The position numbers and the translations under genes are program-made. DNA of 64,000 nt. Source: Nitrosopumilus sp. (lineage in GTDB: Archaea > Thermoproteota > Nitrososphaeria > Nitrososphaerales > Nitrosopumilaceae). The notes under the pieces are model-generated. The model was not told where the DNA came from and searched no databases. It saw nothing but the letters and a program-made list of their open reading frames with translations. This document shows positions 60,969-64,000 of the stretch, one piece after another (position 1 is the first letter of the stretch; the number at the start of each line of letters is the position of its first letter). The DNA lies in the NCBI GenBank assembly GCA_965207445.1, contig CBDBLX010000002.1, positions 640,001 to 704,000 on the forward strand, read 5' to 3'.

Positions 60969-62369
60969 TTATTCTATCTCAATGATTCCCTGTTGAATCA
61001 AATACTGTAGTGTAACTATTAGTTCACTATCTGATATGCCACCATTTGCATAAAACTCAAAGACTGTTTTTACCCATGCTGGAATCTTTTTTTCTGTTGT
61101 TGTATCTGTCTGTATGCTATCATCTTCAACACTCGTGGGTCCTGTGTATACCTGCTCACCTTGGTATGTGATCATTGACAATCCTTCTAACCCAATATTT
61201 TGGATTGGTTTGGATATTGGTACATACAACAGGTCTGCATTGTATTTTTGCCCATCAGTAATTATCCATGCAATAAGATCTACTGTCTCTTTTGCGTGAT
61301 TAGCATTCTTTACTGATCCTTCTAACTCTGGATGGATGACTATGTATGAAAAACTAGTAATTGGATATGCATTATCACCTGGTGCTGCAAGCAAGTCGAC
61401 ATCTCCCCAGTCTTCGTTTGCTTTTGGAAGTGTGGGTGCTGCTCCATTTGATGCATCTGATGCGCTTTCTAGTGTTGGCATTACAAAGTTAGTCTTGTCA
61501 CCGTTCTGCATTGCAGCAACAGTCATGTCTTCTTGGAATGCATATGCTAGTGTTATGTATCCAATTGCACCTTCAGTAGATTTTACTAGTCCTGCAACAC
61601 CTTCGTTTCCAGGAGCACTTCTTCCTCCTGCTGGCCATGGTACACTTTTACCTGCTCCAATATCTTTATCCCATTTAGGACATATCTTTGTAAGATAACT
61701 GGTCAACGCAAATGTTGTACCTGAACCATCTGATCTAGATGCTGCTAGAATCTGCTGATTTGGCATCTCAATGTCTGGATTGTGTTGTGTAATTTTGGGG
61801 TCGTCCCATTGAGTAATATCGCCTAGATATATCCCACAGAGCGCATCACCTGTCAGTTTTAACCCACTATCTACTCCTGGCAGATTATATGCAATAGATA
61901 TTGCACCTATCATCTCTGGTATCGTAATTGAACCTGGAGCTTTTTCATACTCTCTACTCTTCAATGGCGCATCTGATGCTGCAAAGTTTACTGTCTTTTC
62001 AATATGTTGTTTGATGCCTCCGCCACTTCCAATTGATTGATAGTTTAGTGTGATGTGTGGGTTGATTTCTGAATATTTTACTCGCCACAAATCCATCAAC
62101 GGAAATGCAAATGATGCACCTGCACCGTCTATTCTGACTTTTTCTTTACTCTCTTGTGCATGTGCCATCTGTATTGTCGTGTATATGTTATCTGATACTG
62201 TAGTAGTGGTGTCTGCGTTGTTTTCTGTTGTTATGTCTGTTGCTGTTGCTGTTGCTACTGTTGTTGCTACTGTTGTTGTTGTTGCGTATGTTACTCCTGC
62301 TGTAATTGATCCTAGCAAGAGTACGGATGCGATCATTATCATCATCCCCATCATAATTGGTTTTGTCAT
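60969..62369 (-). CDS. pstS: Phosphate-binding protein PstS with C-terminal IPxWxK domain
   Basis: GAGASF, YQSIGSGGG and RSDGSGTT motifs; tail IPAWVK..LQYLIQQGII. Confidence 0.95.
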   Translation of the reverse strand: MTKPIMMGMMIMIASVLLLGSITAGVTYATTTTVATTVATATATDITTENNADTTTTVSDNIYTTIQMAHAQESKEKVRIDGAGASFAFPLMDLWRVKYSEINPHITLNYQSIGSGGGIKQHIEKTVNFAASDAPLKSREYEKAPGSITIPEMIGAISIAYNLPGVDSGLKLTGDALCGIYLGDITQWDDPKITQHNPDIEMPNQQILAASRSDGSGTTFALTSYLTKICPKWDKDIGAGKSVPWPAGGRSAPGNEGVAGLVKSTEGAIGYITLAYAFQEDMTVAAMQNGDKTNFVMPTLESASDASNGAAPTLPKANEDWGDVDLLAAPGDNAYPITSFSYIVIHPELEGSVKNANHAKETVDLIAWIITDGQKYNADLLYVPISKPIQNIGLEGLSMITYQGEQVYTGPTSVEDDSIQTDTTTEKKIPAWVKTVFEFYANGGISDSELIVTLQYLIQQGIIEIE

Positions 62370-62503
62370 TATTTGCCTTGTAATATTGGTATACTTAGGA
62401 TTAAAGTATATACTCTATGTATGTGTATGTTGTTCATGTGTATCTATTGTGAGGCATATGTATCTGCGTCATGCTCAAATACATTTGACTTGAATCTGTA
62501 GAT

Positions 62504-64000
62504 TCAGTTACCTGCAAATATCTCACAGTTGGCTATCAGGTCTAGTCCGTCTGACTGCTCACACATATCTATTAACCCATCTCCACCATCAAGAAAGTCT
62601 CCACCTGTGCCACCATATATGGTGTCAATACCCGTATCTCCTCTAAGTATGTCGTTTCCAGTGCCACCAATTATGTAATCGTTACCTGCACCACCGTCGA
62701 TAATGTCATCATCACCGTTGCCAAGTATGCAATCATTACCATCCCCACCCCAAATTATATCCTTACCTGCTTTTCCAAATATAAGATCATCTTGTACTGT
62801 TCCATTAATTAACTCATTTCCATTATTACCATATATGACATTATATGCGGACTGCTCCAATCCACACGCCAGTACGGTGACAAACTGGTATGTCTCTTTT
62901 GTATTTTTTGCCTCATCAAATGCTATCCATGTGATGTTTGTAGTTCCTATTGGAAACTTTTCTGGTGCATTGTTCAATATTCCTATTATATTATAATCAT
63001 CTGTGGCATTTGCTACTCCTATGTCTACTATAGTTAGAATATCTGTTGCATTGACTATGATGTTTGGTGGCGCAGATATGTTTGGTGGTGTTGTATCATA
63101 AAATATGGGGTGCATGTTATTTATGTCATTTGTTTTGTTTTGTATATCATTCTCTGTTATTGATGGTTGTATGTGTTGTTGTTGCTGCTGCTGTGATGTT
63201 GCATTGTTTGTGATGGTTGTTTCGTTGTACTGTGGTGTACTATATGCATAAATTGTATGATCAAGTGTATCTATTACATACAACTGTCCATTAATTCCAA
63301 GTTCTACATCTGTGGGAAATACCAATCTGTCTACATGCAATGGACCATACTGTTCATAGATCGCAAGAGGTCTAGAACCGTCACTCAAATTAAGATACAA
63401 TACATTTTGAGAATGTGCATTTGTCACATATATCATAGAATCATCTGCTAGCTTTATGTTCTCTGGCATAAATTCAAAAGAGTCTGATCCAGTAAATTCA
63501 TATGAATTCATATATGTACCATTTGCCATATATTGACTTATGCGTTTGTTCCCACGATCAGAGACATATATGCTACCATCATTATCATCTATATCTATTC
63601 CATGTGGGGTGACAAACTTACCATATTCGATACCTGACCCTCCAAATGATAGGACAAACTCACCTTCTGTTGTGAATTTTTGAACACGATAGTTTCCTGT
63701 ATCTACTACGTATATGTAGCCGTCACTACTTGCAATCACATCATTTGGCATTGATAATGTTCCATTTGTCTTGCCACGTTCACCCCACTGTGATACGTAA
63801 TTTCCATCAAGGTCAAATTTTTGTATTCTGTTCAGATCACGATCTGCCACATATACAAAAGATCCATCAGTTGTTATTCCAGACAGATAGTTGAATTGAC
63901 CATTACCTTGTCCACTACCTCCCCATGCCATCAAAAATGTACCTTGTGCATCAAATTTCTGAACACGTTTGTTACCTAGGTCAGACACATACACATTACC
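62504..64000 (-). CDS. NHL-repeat / HYR-like / RTX Ca-binding repeat surface protein (5' end outside window)
   Basis: Repeats YV.D..N.RVQKF; DTTPP.I.AP..ATDD..FPIGTT.ITW.A.D; GGxGxD nonapeptides. Confidence 0.9.
   Translation of the reverse strand, partial: GNVYVSDLGNKRVQKFDAQGTFLMAWGGSGQGNGQFNYLSGITTDGSFVYVADRDLNRIQKFDLDGNYVSQWGERGKTNGTLSMPNDVIASSDGYIYVVDTGNYRVQKFTTEGEFVLSFGGSGIEYGKFVTPHGIDIDDNDGSIYVSDRGNKRISQYMANGTYMNSYEFTGSDSFEFMPENIKLADDSMIYVTNAHSQNVLYLNLSDGSRPLAIYEQYGPLHVDRLVFPTDVELGINGQLYVIDTLDHTIYAYSTPQYNETTITNNATSQQQQQQHIQPSITENDIQNKTNDINNMHPIFYDTTPPNISAPPNIIVNATDILTIVDIGVANATDDYNIIGILNNAPEKFPIGTTNITWIAFDEAKNTKETYQFVTVLACGLEQSAYNVIYGNNGNELINGTVQDDLIFGKAGKDIIWGGDGNDCILGNGDDDIIDGGAGNDYIIGGTGNDILRGDTGIDTIYGGTGGDFLDGGDGLIDMCEQSDGLDLIANCEIFAGN

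Overview
Archaeal chromosomal segment whose gene content points to Nitrosopumilaceae (Thaumarchaeota). The serpin, NHL/RTX surface protein, many IS/MITEs and low-complexity expansions suggest a host-associated, sponge-symbiont-like lineage (inference). The AT-rich backbone carries housekeeping genes (pepA, ABCE1, tkt/rpe/tal, corA, gltX-GGPPS-idi-ipk-mvk, rps2-eno-rpo10, hemL-hemC-cobA-hemD, ars, pst/phoU), four tRNAs (Ile2/Met-CAT, Glu-TTC with a T-loop BHB intron, His, Leu), a solo 5S rRNA and a C/D-box guide RNA. Accessory highlights: (1) a GC-rich ~3.3 kb minimal integrative element (489-3769), bounded by a 15-bp att repeat of the tRNA 3' end, whose only sizeable genes are a tyrosine integrase and a membrane-anchored serpin; (2) a ~990-aa secreted vanadium-haloperoxidase-like enzyme fused to a solute-binding domain; (3) an intact IS66-type element whose transposase has a perfect 21-copy heptad expansion, plus a cognate MITE; (4) a decayed DUF499 island split by an IS481-like element with a 15-bp TSD and framed by a duplicated HxlR gene; (5) two further MITE-like families. 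All calls come from reading motifs by eye; no searches were run.
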